NCBI GenBank assembly: GCA_905178155.1
Contig: CAJINV010000019.1
Location: 76,237-140,236, forward strand
Direction: 5' to 3'
DNA from: Amoebophrya sp. A120
Taxonomy: Eukaryota > Protista > Dinoflagellata
Length of the DNA: 64,000 bases
Positions 22,960-37,200 of the stretch are shown in pieces (position 1 is the stretch's first letter; the number at the start of each line of letters is the position of its first letter). The position numbers and the translations under genes were made by a program. The notes beneath the pieces are model-generated. The model saw nothing but the letters and a program-made list of their open reading frames with translations, did not search any database and was not told where the DNA came from.

Positions 22960-24600
22960 ATGAGAGGTAGGCGCGCCGCTGCAATCATCGGACCTATCGA
23001 CACGTCGTTCGCCCGGCACACTTAGCAACACGACCCCAGCTTGCTCAGAGAGGAGCGAGGCGAGGGGGGCGGGGCAGCTACCCGGCGGCCAAGGGAAGAC
23101 ACCTCCTCCACGAGCCAGCATTCAGCAAGCTGCGGTGAGCGGGCCGCGTAAATAGCGGCGCAGGACCGACGGACTGCGCGCCCACCCCGGCTGTCAGTTC
23201 TCAACGGGGCGTAGATCCTCTCCCATGCCTAGCTGGGCGCGCCATACATTACAACAACCGGGGCCGCCCAACCAGCACGCAAACATGCAAAGTTGTCGGC
23301 TCGGCGCAAATGAAACGCGGGGCCCAGGCCCATGAATGGAAACCACCGGGCCGGGCCATGTCTTTGGTGGCGTGGGCGGGCCCCTGCGGTGTCGGGGTTG
23401 CGGGCTCGCCTCCGCGCCGGGGGGGGCGGGGCGCCGCCCGCCCGGCCTGCCAACAAAGGCGGGCCCATTGCCGCGCGCGGACACACGGACGCCATTCGCC
23501 ACCGGCTCGCACTTTCCCAGCTTGCAGAAGTAGCACACCGATCGGGCCCGCGGCGGGGGAAGGGCCCAACGTGGACGCGCCCGGCCCCTTGGCTTTTCTT
23601 TGCCCTACGTAGTCTACACCCACGCCGGCCATGTAGCGGGTTTTTTTGCAGAGAGAGGGAGCCCCCCCGGGCCGGCCGGGCTGTGTCGTTCGCAATTTTC
23701 TTCACGACTCAAACGCGGGGGCAAGCCCGCCGCGCGCGGGCGCCGGGCGACCGCCCGACGGCAAACCGGCAAGCCGCCCGCACGGCCGGCCGGGCAACTG
23801 CCCGACGGGCGCCTTTTTGCGAGCGGCCGGCGGCCGCTTGCAAAATAAAAGGCGCGCGGGCAGCCATCGCCGGAAGCAGGGCCCGGCTGATTGTACTCCC
23901 CCAACAAGGTACGAACACGACTAGCCGGCATTCCACAATCAACCCAAAGCATTGGGGCGGGCCGCCTTGGGCGCGCTGAGCAGGTTCTTGAAGACGCGGG
24001 CGCGAATTGGCCGGCGGGCGCGCATGCCCTTCGGCCAGGCCGACGCCTCGCACCCACCCGCCCGGGCGCGTGGCGTTTTCATGCCTGCGCGGCATTTACG
24101 CGCCGGCCACTTCACACGCCACCCGCCGCCCCAGCTTTTTGACATGCATCGCCGGGCGATCTGGCCAAGCCCTGACGCCAATCGAGGAAGCCACCGACGC
24201 GGACAAGATTCGCAATCTCGGAAAAATTGTTGCGCTTAGGTAGTTCGCACAGCCCTCGCCCTGCTCCCCGCCACCAGCCCACAGAACTCTGAGAGAGAAT
24301 GCGCCGCCCTCTTCTTCTCGTCGCGAAGAAACACGGGCCACACGAGTGGGCCCGCTTTCTCCTTCTCGCCCTGCTGCGGCCGCGGCAGCGGTTTCGCCCA
24401 GCGGCTTCGCCTTGGGCAACGTGATAGCCCGGAGACCCTTCGGGATGTCGTCAGTGGAGGCACGGCAGACCTTGTAGGCCAGCTTCCCCATCTCCAAATC
24501 ATCTCCACCGCCGGCGGTAGTCATCCAGACCAGCCGCGAACGAATTGGCGCGGGGGGCAAAGAACGGAGGAAGTGACAACACTCCTACGGCAGCGCCAAT
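22960..24600. other. Very GC-rich non-coding island, unexplained
   Basis: Dense ggcc/gcgc tracts broken by short A/T runs; only R/A/P/G-rich spurious ORFs; no introners. Confidence 0.5.
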
Positions 24601-25211
24601 CAGTTACCGCAAAGCAGACCTGTAGAAAGCAGAACAAGAAAGCCACAGAGGGGCGCTCGCTTTAAAGGAACATATCACAAGGAAGACGGAACGAGCGCCG
24701 CCACCGCGCTGCTGCGTATCGAAAGGTAGGCTGACTTTCAGTTCGGGCGTAAGTACCCGGCCTTGTTCCCTTCTTCGGAAAGCGAAGTGATGAAAGCATT
24801 AACACTACTTGCCGCCCTGATCTCGACGGTAATTCTAGTTGCTCATCCACCTTGTCTTGCGTCTATCTTGAAGCAACTTTGGTGCTCTTTATTGTGACAA
24901 GTCATCTTTTTGGCACTACGGATTCAATAGCTTTTGCAGCTAAAATCATTCTCATTTCTTCACTTTAAGTATTTGATTTGAACAAAAACCTACGAAAGAG
25001 AAAGCTTTGATTTTTGTCTGTCTACGTAGATCTTCCATGAAATTGCGAAACGATGTGCTTTGAAAAACTTGTGACTTTTTTCTGTGGTACACTTATATCA
25101 CTGAAACTTATTTGAGATTCTGATTCTGTACAGCCTGTTCATACTTGATGTCGATCCCGTTTTACCTGACTTACCATCCTCTGGTCCTGTTCTCCACCAC
25201 ATTTCTATACT

Positions 25212-28200
25212 TTACTTGTATGCCCTAGAAGAGGTACTCTCCCGCGACCCGCCAAAGAATCCGGTCACTGCTCCAACCGTGCTACCCATCGACGCCGCCC
25301 GCTTTCGCAAAAACCGAGCTTTCCCGTTACTCTGCAGGCGCCAATCGGCAAACGCAGTCGTTTTGTTTGCGCCAAAATCGTCCAAATCCGGATTTTTCCG
25401 ACTGGAGTCTCGAGTGCCTGGAGCGGCACTGTTGCTCTTCCGCGCAAAATACCCGGACCCCCCGACCACAGCCGTAGAACTCTCGTCATTCAGCAATAAT
25501 CCGGGTTTCTTCGTCGGATTCAGTAAGATTTCCGCGTTGCTCACCCCGCGATTACTGAACGCCGCGGTTTTCGTTCTATCCGCCTCGCGCCCAGCGTGGA
25601 AGGTTATCCACTGCAAAAGTATCGCACTCGTACTAATCGCAATCACGCATGTCAAGTCTGATGTTTCACCTGGATCTGCATGACAGATTTCAACTTTCTT
25701 CTAATTGAGAAAATTTGTCATGCGACTGATGCTAGTAGGTGTACGATATTACTTTTGCAATGCATAAAGGTGACCGCGTCCCGATTTTCGAGCAAAAGCT
25801 TTCCGCCGTACCTCTCCGCAACTCTCGAGTGGATCTGGTCCATCAGTTATTCCATGCAAATATGTCTGCTGGGTCTGGAAGGATGCAACTTGTCATGCTG
25901 CATCTGAATCATGTGAAAATCTGTGTTGCATGATTGCCAAAAGCTGTCCATTTTTGACCTAGTCGAGAGGTAGTTTCCAATGCAGAATAGGCATGATAGA
26001 ACTCTCACAGAGTCTGTCATGCTATGTCCTACACGCCAGACCTCATGGGTCATGGAAAACCTGCATGACAAACCTGGCATTCTTCCAGACCAAGGAATAT
26101 TTGCATTTGATATCAGCTCGCGCGCTGGGATTTGGCTTGCCAAGTCCTGGGAGGGAATCATCGGCGGGTGATTGTCGGTGTTCATAGAAGAAAAAATTTT
26201 CTGCGTCGCTGGCAAAGTAGTGCTATTCTTTCCACCCAGATTGCCAGCATTGCTGGTCGTTCTCCGCGTCGCTCGCCGGTTGGGGGAGAGAGAATTCTGC
26301 AACTGCAGATCCATCTTTGTGTACTGGAACTGAAAATCGGGATTCGCAGCAAACGCGCGCTCCTGCGCCGCGAGCGTCTTCTCCACGCTCTTCTGGATCA
26401 GTTGCGAAGAAGATGAAGTGTTGTGCTTGCTCGCTGCAACGTAGTTCTTTTTTGGCGTAGATAAAGTTTTTTTCACCGAAGTCGGGGAGAAGATTGAGGA
26501 CCGATTTCCACCAGCATCATACCCGGAGGGTCTACTTTTCCTCCCGTTATCAATTTCATTCTGGTCCTTCGCGCTCGGCCGACTTCTTGGCCTTGGGAGC
26601 TGGTTTGAGCTTGAAGATGTCAGCAAGGTTGGATTAGCTCCTGCACGGCTCTGACGCTGGTTCAGGTGCGACGTCGGTGAGGTACCAGTCGTGTTATTTG
26701 GGGACATATCGTAAAGAAAAATCCCCCCTCCCCATATTGAAAACGCATCCGTCTGAAAATTTGTGATGCACATTTGTGACCTCAAATCTTGTCTGTAAGT
26801 CCAGAGAGCCTCCTGCATTTTGCAGGCGGTTTGTGATGCTGTTGGGCTTAGAGAATACACGTTTATTGCCATGCTAGGCGCCTACGTCAAAACCCCTCGA
26901 CTGAGGCTTGCCACATTCCTGCAGTCCTCTACTGCAAAACAAATTTGATTTGTGTACGGAAATCCAGCATCAGAGACTTCGTTTCGATATCTATGGGGAG
27001 GGGAGATATTTCCTTTTGATAGGACAGTGTGAAAGTTCCATTGATGCTTGGACTCGATCGCGAAGTGGGTGACACTGTGGCCCTCCGCTGAGCGGACGGG
27101 CGGGCGCCGTCTTCTTCTTCTTCCTCGTCCGGTCCTCCTGCCGTCCCATCTTCCACAGAGATGATCGACCTGATCCGAGCGAGCTTTGGCTTTTTCGGCG
27201 AGGACATCTTCGTGGCAGATGAGTCCTCGTTGTTGCTTTTGTTGAACAAACCTGCTCCCTGCGATCGATCGTTTTGCAGTAGTCCACCAGCCCCTGCTCC
27301 TCCTACACTACTAGATGAAGCTGCTCCACCGCTAGTCCCCGCCGAGCGATCCGTGGTGCCACTAACATTCCGCACCAACAAAGCTCGTCCGGACTTTCTA
27401 CTTCCACTTCCACTGGTTCTTTGTTTCGGCGTACCAGATGATGCACCCGGAAAATAACCCGCAGAAGAAGACCCCCCACGGTCTGAACCTCCGGAAGAGC
27501 TGGGGGACGGCGAGCTGAGGAGAAGCGGGCTGTCGCTGTTTCCAGGAAAATTGTCCATTTCATCTTGTTCCTCTTCCAATGCCTCTTCTAGAGCGGATTT
27601 CGGTGCGGTGGATTTGTCTCTTGCGGAGGTAGACAAGATTTCCATCTCTGCGTTCCGAATGAACAAATGGTCCCGCGCAGACTGACGCGTGAAGCCTTTC
27701 TCTGTAGATTTTTGTGTTTTTGCCTTTTATTCGTTCGAAAATTGATGTACCCCATGCCCATGCCCATCAAGTCAGCGGAGGCCATTTTGATTCGGAGTTG
27801 CGAAATCTTCGAGAAAACAGTTCAACTTTCAAACTGCTTATTGAGCTTGCGTATGCAAGAAAGATCAAGCCTAGGTTTTCGAACAGAAAGCCTCGACGCA
27901 TCATGAAGTCGTTTGCTAAAAATTATGAGTACGCTTCTTCGTTTTTTCCCCGCTTTTCACGTTGGCGCTAGCCGGCCCGTACCGAAACGCGTTTTTCTTC
28001 AGTTGCGACACCGCCTGTCGTGTGTTATGAATTGCAAAAGCATTGCATCGTACTAGTATAAATTGCATTACAAATTAGCCCAGCATTACAAATTAAATTT
28101 GTAATGCTGATTTGCCTTGAGAAAAGAAATTTGTAATGCATAAATGCAATTACTACGAGTGCGATACTTTTGCAGTGGATACGTGTTCTTCTTTCGCAAT

Positions 28201-31200
28201 GCCGTTTGGTCCTGTTCGTACTCAATTTTGCTCACCACCTTCTTCTATCAAATGCAAAAGTGTCTGTGTCTGGAAGAGTGTGAACTTGTCATGCTAAATC
28301 TGAAGCATGCAAAAATCTGTGTTGCATGATTACCAAAAGCTGTCCACTTTTGACCTAATCGAGAGGCAGTTTCTCATGCAGGATAGGCATGATTATAGAA
28401 CTCTCACAAATCTGTCATGCTCTGTCCTACATACCAGACCTCATGAGTCATGTAAAATCTGCATGACAAGTCTGGCATTCATCTTCCAGACCCAGACATT
28501 TTTACAGTTGATATCTTCTGCTGTTTCCGCTCGTACCTGCGTCTGCTGAAAAACTGCTTCAACGTCTTATCAAATGTAAAAATGTCTGGGTCTGGAAAAG
28601 TGGAACATGTAATGCGTGTCATGCATTCCCAGAAAATCTGTGTTGCATGAGCAGCAAAAGAGAGGCTTGCTTTGTCATGCAAAAACGCAATTTGTAATGC
28701 GTGCTAGGCATCAGCAGGCCTCTCAAAAATTTGTCATGCTTGGCTGCCATTGGAAGCGCTGCAATCATGCGCAATTCAGCATCACAAGTTTCCAGACCCA
28801 GACATTTTTGCATTTGATACGTCTGCTTCATCTGCATCTTGTGCCGCTTTTCGTCCAGCCAGAGCTGCGTTTCGGTCAGTTCGTAATCGCGCGGCTCGAA
28901 TCGCTGCCCTGCATGTTCGGGTCGCTATGCATTTCAAAAGTATCGCATTCGTATGAATGCATTACAAATTTCCTCAGCATGAGAAATAAAATTTGTAATG
29001 CAGATTTGCCTTGGGAACAAGACTTGTAGTGCAACGCTTGCATTTATACGAGTGCGATACTTTTGTAGTTCATAGCCGCGGTGGCTCGACAAAATCTTCG
29101 TCGTCGTCGTCGAACGAATATCCTGTGCAAAAGTATCGTACTCGTACTAATCGCAGTCATGCATTACAAATTCTGTTCTCAATGTAAATCCGCATTACAA
29201 ATTTTATTTCTCATGCTGAGGGAGTTTGTCATGCATTTATACGAGTACGATGCTTTTGCATTCCATAATGAACAAAGATTCTTGGCGCTGTTGCTAAAAG
29301 CTGCGCCGTATCAAATGCAAAAGTGTCTGGGTCTGGAAGAATGCAAGATTTGTCATGCATATTTCTCATGACCCATGACTGTCTGTGATGTATGCCCTAG
29401 CATCACAGATTTTTAGAACCCTTCCTGATGCACCTTCCGCATGAGAAATGCCCTGTCCCCTCTTGCTGATCATGCAATACAAATTCTTCTAGAGTCCAAA
29501 AACAGCATGACAAGTTGCAATCTTCCAGACCCAGACATATTTGCACATGATACGCCGGCAGTGTTCGTCGTCACCGTCCCAACGACCGACTGTGCGTTGT
29601 TGATCTGATTCGGTCGCACCGGTAGCGTATCAAACGCAAATATGTCTGGGTCTGGAAACTTGTAATGCTGAATTGTGAATAGTGAATTCTCTGTAATGCA
29701 CAGCCAAGCATGAGAAATATTTGCGCTGCTTAGTGTTGCGCTCTCCGCATGACAAATTGCGTTTTGCATGACAAGCAAGAGGGTCTCTTCTTGGACACGC
29801 ATCACAAACTCTTCAGTTGTCATGCCAGACAAGCATGACAAACTTGCATTCTTCCAGACCCAGACATATTTGCAATCCATATAGCGCTTTCGAATCCGGC
29901 CGGTCGTCGTCTTCGATCGTCAAGAGCGCGGAACTATGAATTGCAAAAGTCTCGCACTCGTATTGCAATCATGCATTCGCAATTTCTTTTCCTTAACGTG
30001 AGTCCGCATTACAAATTTCATTTCTCATGCTGAGGAAATTTGTAAAGTGCATTTTTTATACGAATACGATACTTTTGCAATGCATAGGAACTCGCGGTTC
30101 TTTTCTTCGCGTTGCGGTAGTTCAAGTTGCGCATCAAGCTCCCCAACTCGATCTCCTTCCAAATCCGAAAAGCCAAATTCCCCGCGCGGTTGACGAAGTC
30201 CCGGCGCGGGACGCCTCCGCGCTGAAATAAATTTTCGGGTAAAACCTTCAACTCGAAGGCGTTTTGGTACCTCGTCTTCAGAACGTCGGTGAAAAACAAA
30301 TCTAACGGCATTTTCGTCGTCCCTTTTTGGTGCCGATATTCGTACAGTAACCGGAGCTGGTAGGTGTCGGGGTGGAGTTTTTTTTTCATCTTCCTCAACC
30401 CGTTGAAGTTGTATTCCTCCAGGCAATCCGCCAAGAACTTGCCCTCAGCTCGAAACGTGTGGATTTGCTTGTTCACCAGAGTGGACCAACGTTTGGAAAA
30501 TTGGTCCTGTAGCCGCTGTATCCTGTGCAAAAGTCTCGTACTCGTAGTAATTGCAACTATGCATGACAAGTTTTGTTCTTAAGGTAAAACAGCATGACAA
30601 GTTCCAGCTTTCATGCTGAGAAAATTTGTAATGCCATTTATACTAGTGCGATGGGATACTTTTGCAATGCATACGCTGCTTGCACAGGTCCTCACTTTGC
30701 TCCGCGAGGGTTTTTGTTTCATCTGCAGCAACATGATCTTGATGCTTTTTGTCTACTACACGGCCGTTATTTTTCGGAGAAGGAGACAACTTTGTCTTCG
30801 GACTCGAAGATTTCTGCGCATTTTTTCCAAATGCCGGCTGCTGCTGAAGTCCATCTCCGTCGCTGCCTATAGCCTCGTCCTCTGCTAATTCTTCCGCCTC
30901 ATCCTCGGAAGAGGACGAGTCCCAATGTCTCATCAATTCCGGCGGTACCCCGTTTTTCCACAACTTCCGCGCTTTTTCCTCTTTATGCACTGCAAAAGCA
31001 ACGCACTAGTATAAATTGCATTACAAATTAGCTCAGCATGAAAAATTGAATTTGTCATGCTAAATTACCTAAGAAACCAGATTTGTCATGCTAGCCTGGC
31101 ATTATTTATACGAGTACGATGCTTTTGCACAGGATACTCTTCCTCCATTCGGAACTTCGTCGGGTCGTACGCGTAGCCGCTTGAAGACGAATATGCATTG

Positions 31201-34200
31201 CAGAAGTATCGTACTGGTAGTAATTGCAGGTATGCATTACAAATCTCCATCCAAAGGTAAAACAGCATGACAAATTCGATTTGTCATGCTGAGCTAATTT
31301 GTAATGCAATTTACTACTAATACGATGCTTTTGCACAGGATAACGAAGTAGCGGCTCCACCTGCACCTCCAGTTGCTCTCCCGTCGTGTAGATCATCACC
31401 ATCATCGAAGTTGCGTTTTTTGTTCTTCCCGTGCTTGCTCGCCATCTTTCGCTTCCTCCTCTCCCCCAAGATACTCATCGGGGAAATCGAACTGGTACTT
31501 TGGTCGCCAGCATTCTGATTTTTCTCGTCATTCAAACTGTCTACTTCGCTGTTGTTATTTTCCAAGGCCAGCGTGATTGATTCATTTTTAGTCAGCTCCC
31601 GGACAAACCCGGGCGCTCGGCCCCGCGCGATATCCTGCTTGTTCAGTCCCGCTTTATACCAGCAAGACTCGCCCGAAATCGGGTTGTAGTAGTACAGTTT
31701 ACCCGTAGTTTTCGACCGGTGGAGCTCCCAAACCAACCGCGGATTGTAGTACCCTGGAGTGGCTTCTTCGACGGTGCCATCCGGATTGAAAATCGTTTTG
31801 GTTTTTCTGCTACTCGCGAAGGAAAGGGAGAGCTGGTGATTGTTGCTTCTTTCCGAGAAGCTTTTGTTCATGCTCATCTGGGCTGCAGTGGCACGCGCAG
31901 AAGGACCACCATGTAGCGAGTGTTGCTTTTGTAGCATGAGAGATGTCGACATTTGATCCTCTTCGTTGGTTCCTCCAAACAAGGATGAGTGGTCGGCATT
32001 TGTTTTTCGTGGCAGAAAAATTGTGGACCTGGATTTCTCCAGCATCTCTGTCTGGTCGGTTAAGTCGACGTCTAATTGCCGCTCGTAGAAATCAACCACT
32101 TCCTTCTCGTCTTCGTCCTCGGGCACGAAAATAGTTACCGACCTGGAAAACGCAAAGGCGTTTTCAAAATTTTTCAGAGTTTGCTCCAGTGCGTCATTTG
32201 CGCTGTGGCTTTCGTCCTCACCTTCGATTTCTGTATCATTTTGATTTTCCGGTCCAGTGGTAAGTTGCATCGTCGTGGTGTCGTCCTGGCTTGGTAGTCT
32301 CGTTGTGTCGTCCTTGCTACCACCTCCATAATGCTCATTCAGCCCGGTAGTGGTGGTGTCCAGCGTACCGTCTAGGTCAAAGCTGTCGAGGGAAAACTGC
32401 AGGGATTTATTCGTCGTGAATGTAGTGGGCTTCTTGCTCCCCCTTGTCGTCGTGCTGTCCTCATCATGATGTTCTACTTCTGTACCATCACCAGGCAGAA
32501 GCGCCTTCGGAGTAGTAGGAACCATAGGGTTCGCCTTCCCAGGATCGACTTCCTGCTCCGCAGCACCGGTGGTCTTTCGATGAAGATCTTGCAACGGCAG
32601 CTGCATCTTCCCCCAGCCCAGGGGGCCACTATCGCCGCCTGTTCTCTGCCGCTCCAGCGTAGAAGTCTGTTCGAACTGCGCGGCTTGAGACACACAGTCC
32701 GCCAGACTTGCCATCGTTTTCCTCAACCCTTTATTCGACTGGGTGATGCGTTTCGGGATTCTTTTTTTCCCGTAGCCGTAGTACATGGACTTCGTTTTTA
32801 TCAGGAACGACCGGCTCTCCGGATCGTACAAATACCCCCGCTTCCACATCCAATCAATCATGGACTTCGTCGGCTCCCGAAGGCTATGCAACGCAAAAGC
32901 ATCGTACTAGTATAAATTGCATTACAAATTTGCTCAGCATGACAAATGCAATTTGTAATGCTGTATTACGTTTGGAGGAAGATTTGTCATGCAGATTTGC
33001 AATTAGTATGAATACGATACTTTTGCACAGGATAAAGGCCCACCACGTGTCTCTTCGTCTCTTGCTGGATCTCGAAGATGTTTTCCAATTCCCTTAAGCC
33101 CTTCGTCGTCGAGGAAAGTGAGGATTTTTCCTCGTCGGAGTCGATCAGATTCTCTCCTGTGAGAATCATCTTCGTCTGCCGAAAGGCGCGCTGATCCTTC
33201 AACTTCTTCTCCTCAATGTCCTTCTTCTGCTTCGCGGTCAACGTCCACGGCTTGTCGGGGTCGATTTTAGAAATTTTCGCCGTCTTTTCTTTCATCTCCG
33301 TCGCCTGCTTTTCTACCCACTGCAGTTGTGCGAGTTGATTCTCTTTATCGGGTTTTTTGTTATCGTTGCCCAATCTCAGTAATGTGTTTTTCAGCATCAC
33401 CTTCCCCAAAACCTTCCGCCCGGCGTTCTGAAATTTCTGCTGTGCCGCTTTCTTCTTCTCCCTCCGTTTCCGTGCCTGGTCGCGATTCAAAATTTCTCTG
33501 ATCGTTTGCATCGGAACCAGGTCGCTGTTTCGGAAGACTTTCAAAAACGGATGGAGCTGTGTCGGGAACTGCTTCAGATCTTCTAGTGGGTGGAGGCTGT
33601 GGGTTCTGGCGTGGGTGAGGATCAATTTCGTCGAGGCGGAATGGGTAGCTTTTTTTTTCAAATTCGGGAGATAGTGCGCTGAGGATGACAGACTGGCGTT
33701 ATTTCCTGGCGCTGCTAAGCCTTTGCTAGGTGAGGAACCACCAACTGCGTTGGTCATTCCGGAGACAGTTGTCGTCTGCTTGTTCATTATTTCCGCGGGA
33801 AACATCGAACCTGCTCCAGGCACGGCTGGCGCGTTTGCAGCGACCAGAAGATGATGATCTACAGGTGCATTACTGCTGTGTAGTTCGTTACTACTCGGCA
33901 CCATCACCCCAGGGACTGCGGTGTTCTGCTCCAATCTCTGCAGCTCCCGCTCCTGTATGAATTGCAAAAGTATCGTACTCGTATAAATGCATTACAAATT
34001 TCCTCAGCATGAGAAATAAAATTTGTAATGCTGATTTACATTAAGAAAAAGATTTGTAATGCATGATTGCAATACGAGTACGATACTTTTGCACAGGATA
34101 TCCTGCTGCGCGATCACCGCGGCCGACGTCTGCACGCCCAGCACGCTGTCTATGGTGTTCTCAAGCGTTACATTCTCAAGTGTTACATGAATTTGTGATG

Positions 34201-37200
34201 CAAGAATGGGAAAAGTGAAAGGGGGGCACAGCGTGTCTTGCATGACAGATTTGGCACAGATTATCAGCCTGCTTGGCTCTTCCAGAATTTGTCATGCAGA
34301 ACAGCTTGATCGTGTAGATGATAATGCTAGTTTTGCATGACAAATCATGTAACAGTTGAGAATGTAACTTTTGAGAATCCACCCATACTGTCCCTCCGCC
34401 GTTGATCCGCGACTTTGCGGCTTTTCCGGATTTTTTCCTTCTCATTCTATTGTGAGGAAAATGTGCCCACCCCAGAGTCAAGATGGGGATTTCGCAACAC
34501 AAACCTAGAAGCTTTGGGAGTCACGCATGACAAGTTGCTGTCCGTAGTGTAGTGCAGGTTGGCAAGGACGGCCGCATTGAAAACCTATCTGCTTATCCTG
34601 TTTACAGCATCACAAATTCGAAAGCACGACTGCAAATGCCTATCATGGGGATGCGCATCACAAATGATCCTGCTATTGCAAATCAGCATGACAACTCTGG
34701 GGTGGGGATTTTTTTACTCAGAATACGTTCTCCACCGCCTTCATATGCACGGCGTACCGCCACACCAAGGCCTCTATCCTGTGCAAAAGTATCGCACTCG
34801 TAGCATTTGCATCCATGCATTACAAATCTTTTTCTTAAGGCAAATCCGCATTACAAATTTTGTTTCTCATGCTAGGGAAATTTGTCATGCGATTCATACT
34901 AGTACGATACTTTTGCAGTTCATAGCCTCGAACCCGGACTCGTAGGTCGTTTGTGGGATTTGCAGGAGCATGTTAGTGACAACCGCGAGAAAAGTCGCGA
35001 GCAGGAAGGTATTGTGCGTGAACTGCTGGAGTGTCGGCAAAGTTGCAAGTCTTTCCACATACTGCTCTTCGGTTTCTGACAGACCAAAATCCAGTTTGTA
35101 CACCAGAACGGCGAAAACCAGGGCGGGGAAAATGTGCATCGTGTGGTGGAGGAGAAAAACCAGGAACAGGTTTTGAAAAATGTCGGAAAGACTGGGCGTT
35201 TGATGCGCAGTTTCTGGTGGGATTTGATGTAGTTTTTCTGCTCGCCCTTCATGTTGATCCTTTTCGTCCATGAAGTTCTGTGTTAAGAACATGCTGTGGA
35301 CCTGCGTCGTCACAAATCTCTTCCGCCCGTAAAAAAAGCTCCGCTCTTCTTCCGGCCACATGGTAGGGACCGGTAAGCGCTTCGCTATTATCCCGGCTCG
35401 GTTCGCGCGCTGCATCACCTCCGCGACGACAGCATCCGTTATCGCGTCATACGCCGCCTGGCTCCGCGCGGCCTGGAGAATATCGGGGGAGGGGGTGGTG
35501 AGGGAGAAGTCGTCCGAAAGCGTAGTAGCGCCGGAGACCGGAGACGGGGTCGACGACGTGTAGGCGGCGCCGTGTAAAAATTCAGTGCTTTGTTGAACCA
35601 GTGGTTTTATCTCTTCAACTAGCGGGTTTTTTTCAGGAGCGACGGCTGCAGCTGCGCCATTGCCATTGCTAGAAGACGTCGCGGCCACTATCAAAGTGAA
35701 AAAAGCCCCCACCCCATACTAAAACGGAGATTTGTGTAGCATGATTTGCCACCACAAATCTGGTTGTCATGCTAGAAGGCAAAAGATGCGGACTGTAGTG
35801 CTGGCTGGCGTGGGAAAGCCTTGCACTTTCAGCATGAGAGGAGGCAGCTGGAAGTGGGCAACAGCACGACAAACTGCCTGCAGTTCAGGCCACAGCTGCG
35901 TCTCTTGGCATTCTAGCAATACAAGTCGATTTGTATACGCAAATCCAGCATCACAAGTTTCCTTTTCGATATGGGGAGGGAGGATTTTTCCTCGCAATAG
36001 CTACCGAAATAACCGGCGGCCGGTACCCTTGTGCCCACAGGGCGCTGGTTTCCTCAAAATTTGCCGTGGCCCACAGCCTATGAAATGCAAACGCATCGTA
36101 CTAGTAGAAATCGCATGACAAATTCTCTCAGCATGAAAAATGCAATTTGTATATGTGGATTGACGTTTAAGAGGGAGATTTGTAATGCATGACTGCGATT
36201 ACTACGAGTACGATACTTTTGCACAGGATACAGCCGGTGGGTCAAGGAGGAAAAGGGGGAAGATTGTTCGATGAGTTGGTACTGCCAGAAGAAGAGAAAC
36301 GCCAATGTCCCAATCGCGTTCCGCAAAACCCGCAAAACCGCGGTCAGGGCCAAGTCCGTCGCGAAGGTCATGTCCAAGGAACACGCCAACGAGCCCCAGG
36401 TTCTTCGCAAGAGGGGCAGCCAGGTTTCGTGGTTGGTCAGCTTGATGCCGTCGATAGTCTCGTCCACCACCGCGAAAAAGACGTGTCGGGAGGTTTTCAG
36501 CGGCGGATGCGGTTCCCACGTGTGGTCGAAAATTTTCAAGCAGCAGTAGCAAAACACATCCACCGGATCGCAGAGAAGTAAGATCGGAAACACGTAGTTG
36601 CGGAAGATGGAGAGAAAGGTCAAAGTTTTATTGTTTCCCGGTGAGTTCATGTCGCTATTTTCTCCGTCTTTAGACTTGTTTCCCATGCCAGGTTTCGGCT
36701 TCTTCTTCTTCCCCGCGTTCTCCTCGATGTTCTCTTTCGTTCGTTCGATTGTCAAAGCCCGGCGCCGCATTTCGGTCAGAAGTGACAGCGTCACGGTGCT
36801 CACCGCGACAAACTTGTAGACTTTGGTGATGAGAAAGACTGATTTTTTAACGGAACTTAAAAAGTTCAGCTTTCGGACAACTTTCCCAGGGTCGGTCGCG
36901 TAGGACTGGATTGCAAATCTCGCCTCGCTGAAGTGTTGCGAAGTCCTGGCTCGGATGGAGGTCGAGGTTGTTGAAGTAGTAGATCTTACTTTCCGCAAAG
37001 ACGTGGAGGTCGTCATGCGGGTGACCACCACGTTCGATGTTGAAGAGTCGTCGCTTTTTTCGCTAGAAGATCCTCGACCAAGAACACTCGACGAATCATT
37101 ATCGTCTAACAGTAGGTGGAGGTCCTCGTTCTGCTTGGTTTTCTTTTTGCCAGGAAAATCTGCCAGACTTTTGTGCTCTCCTTCGAACGCTACAGTTTTT

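Noticed and set aside
28026-36230. Repeat/unique alternation resembling a CRISPR array
   Set aside because: Repeats are 145-310 bp TIR elements of several families, the spacers are in-frame exons, and there are no cas genes.
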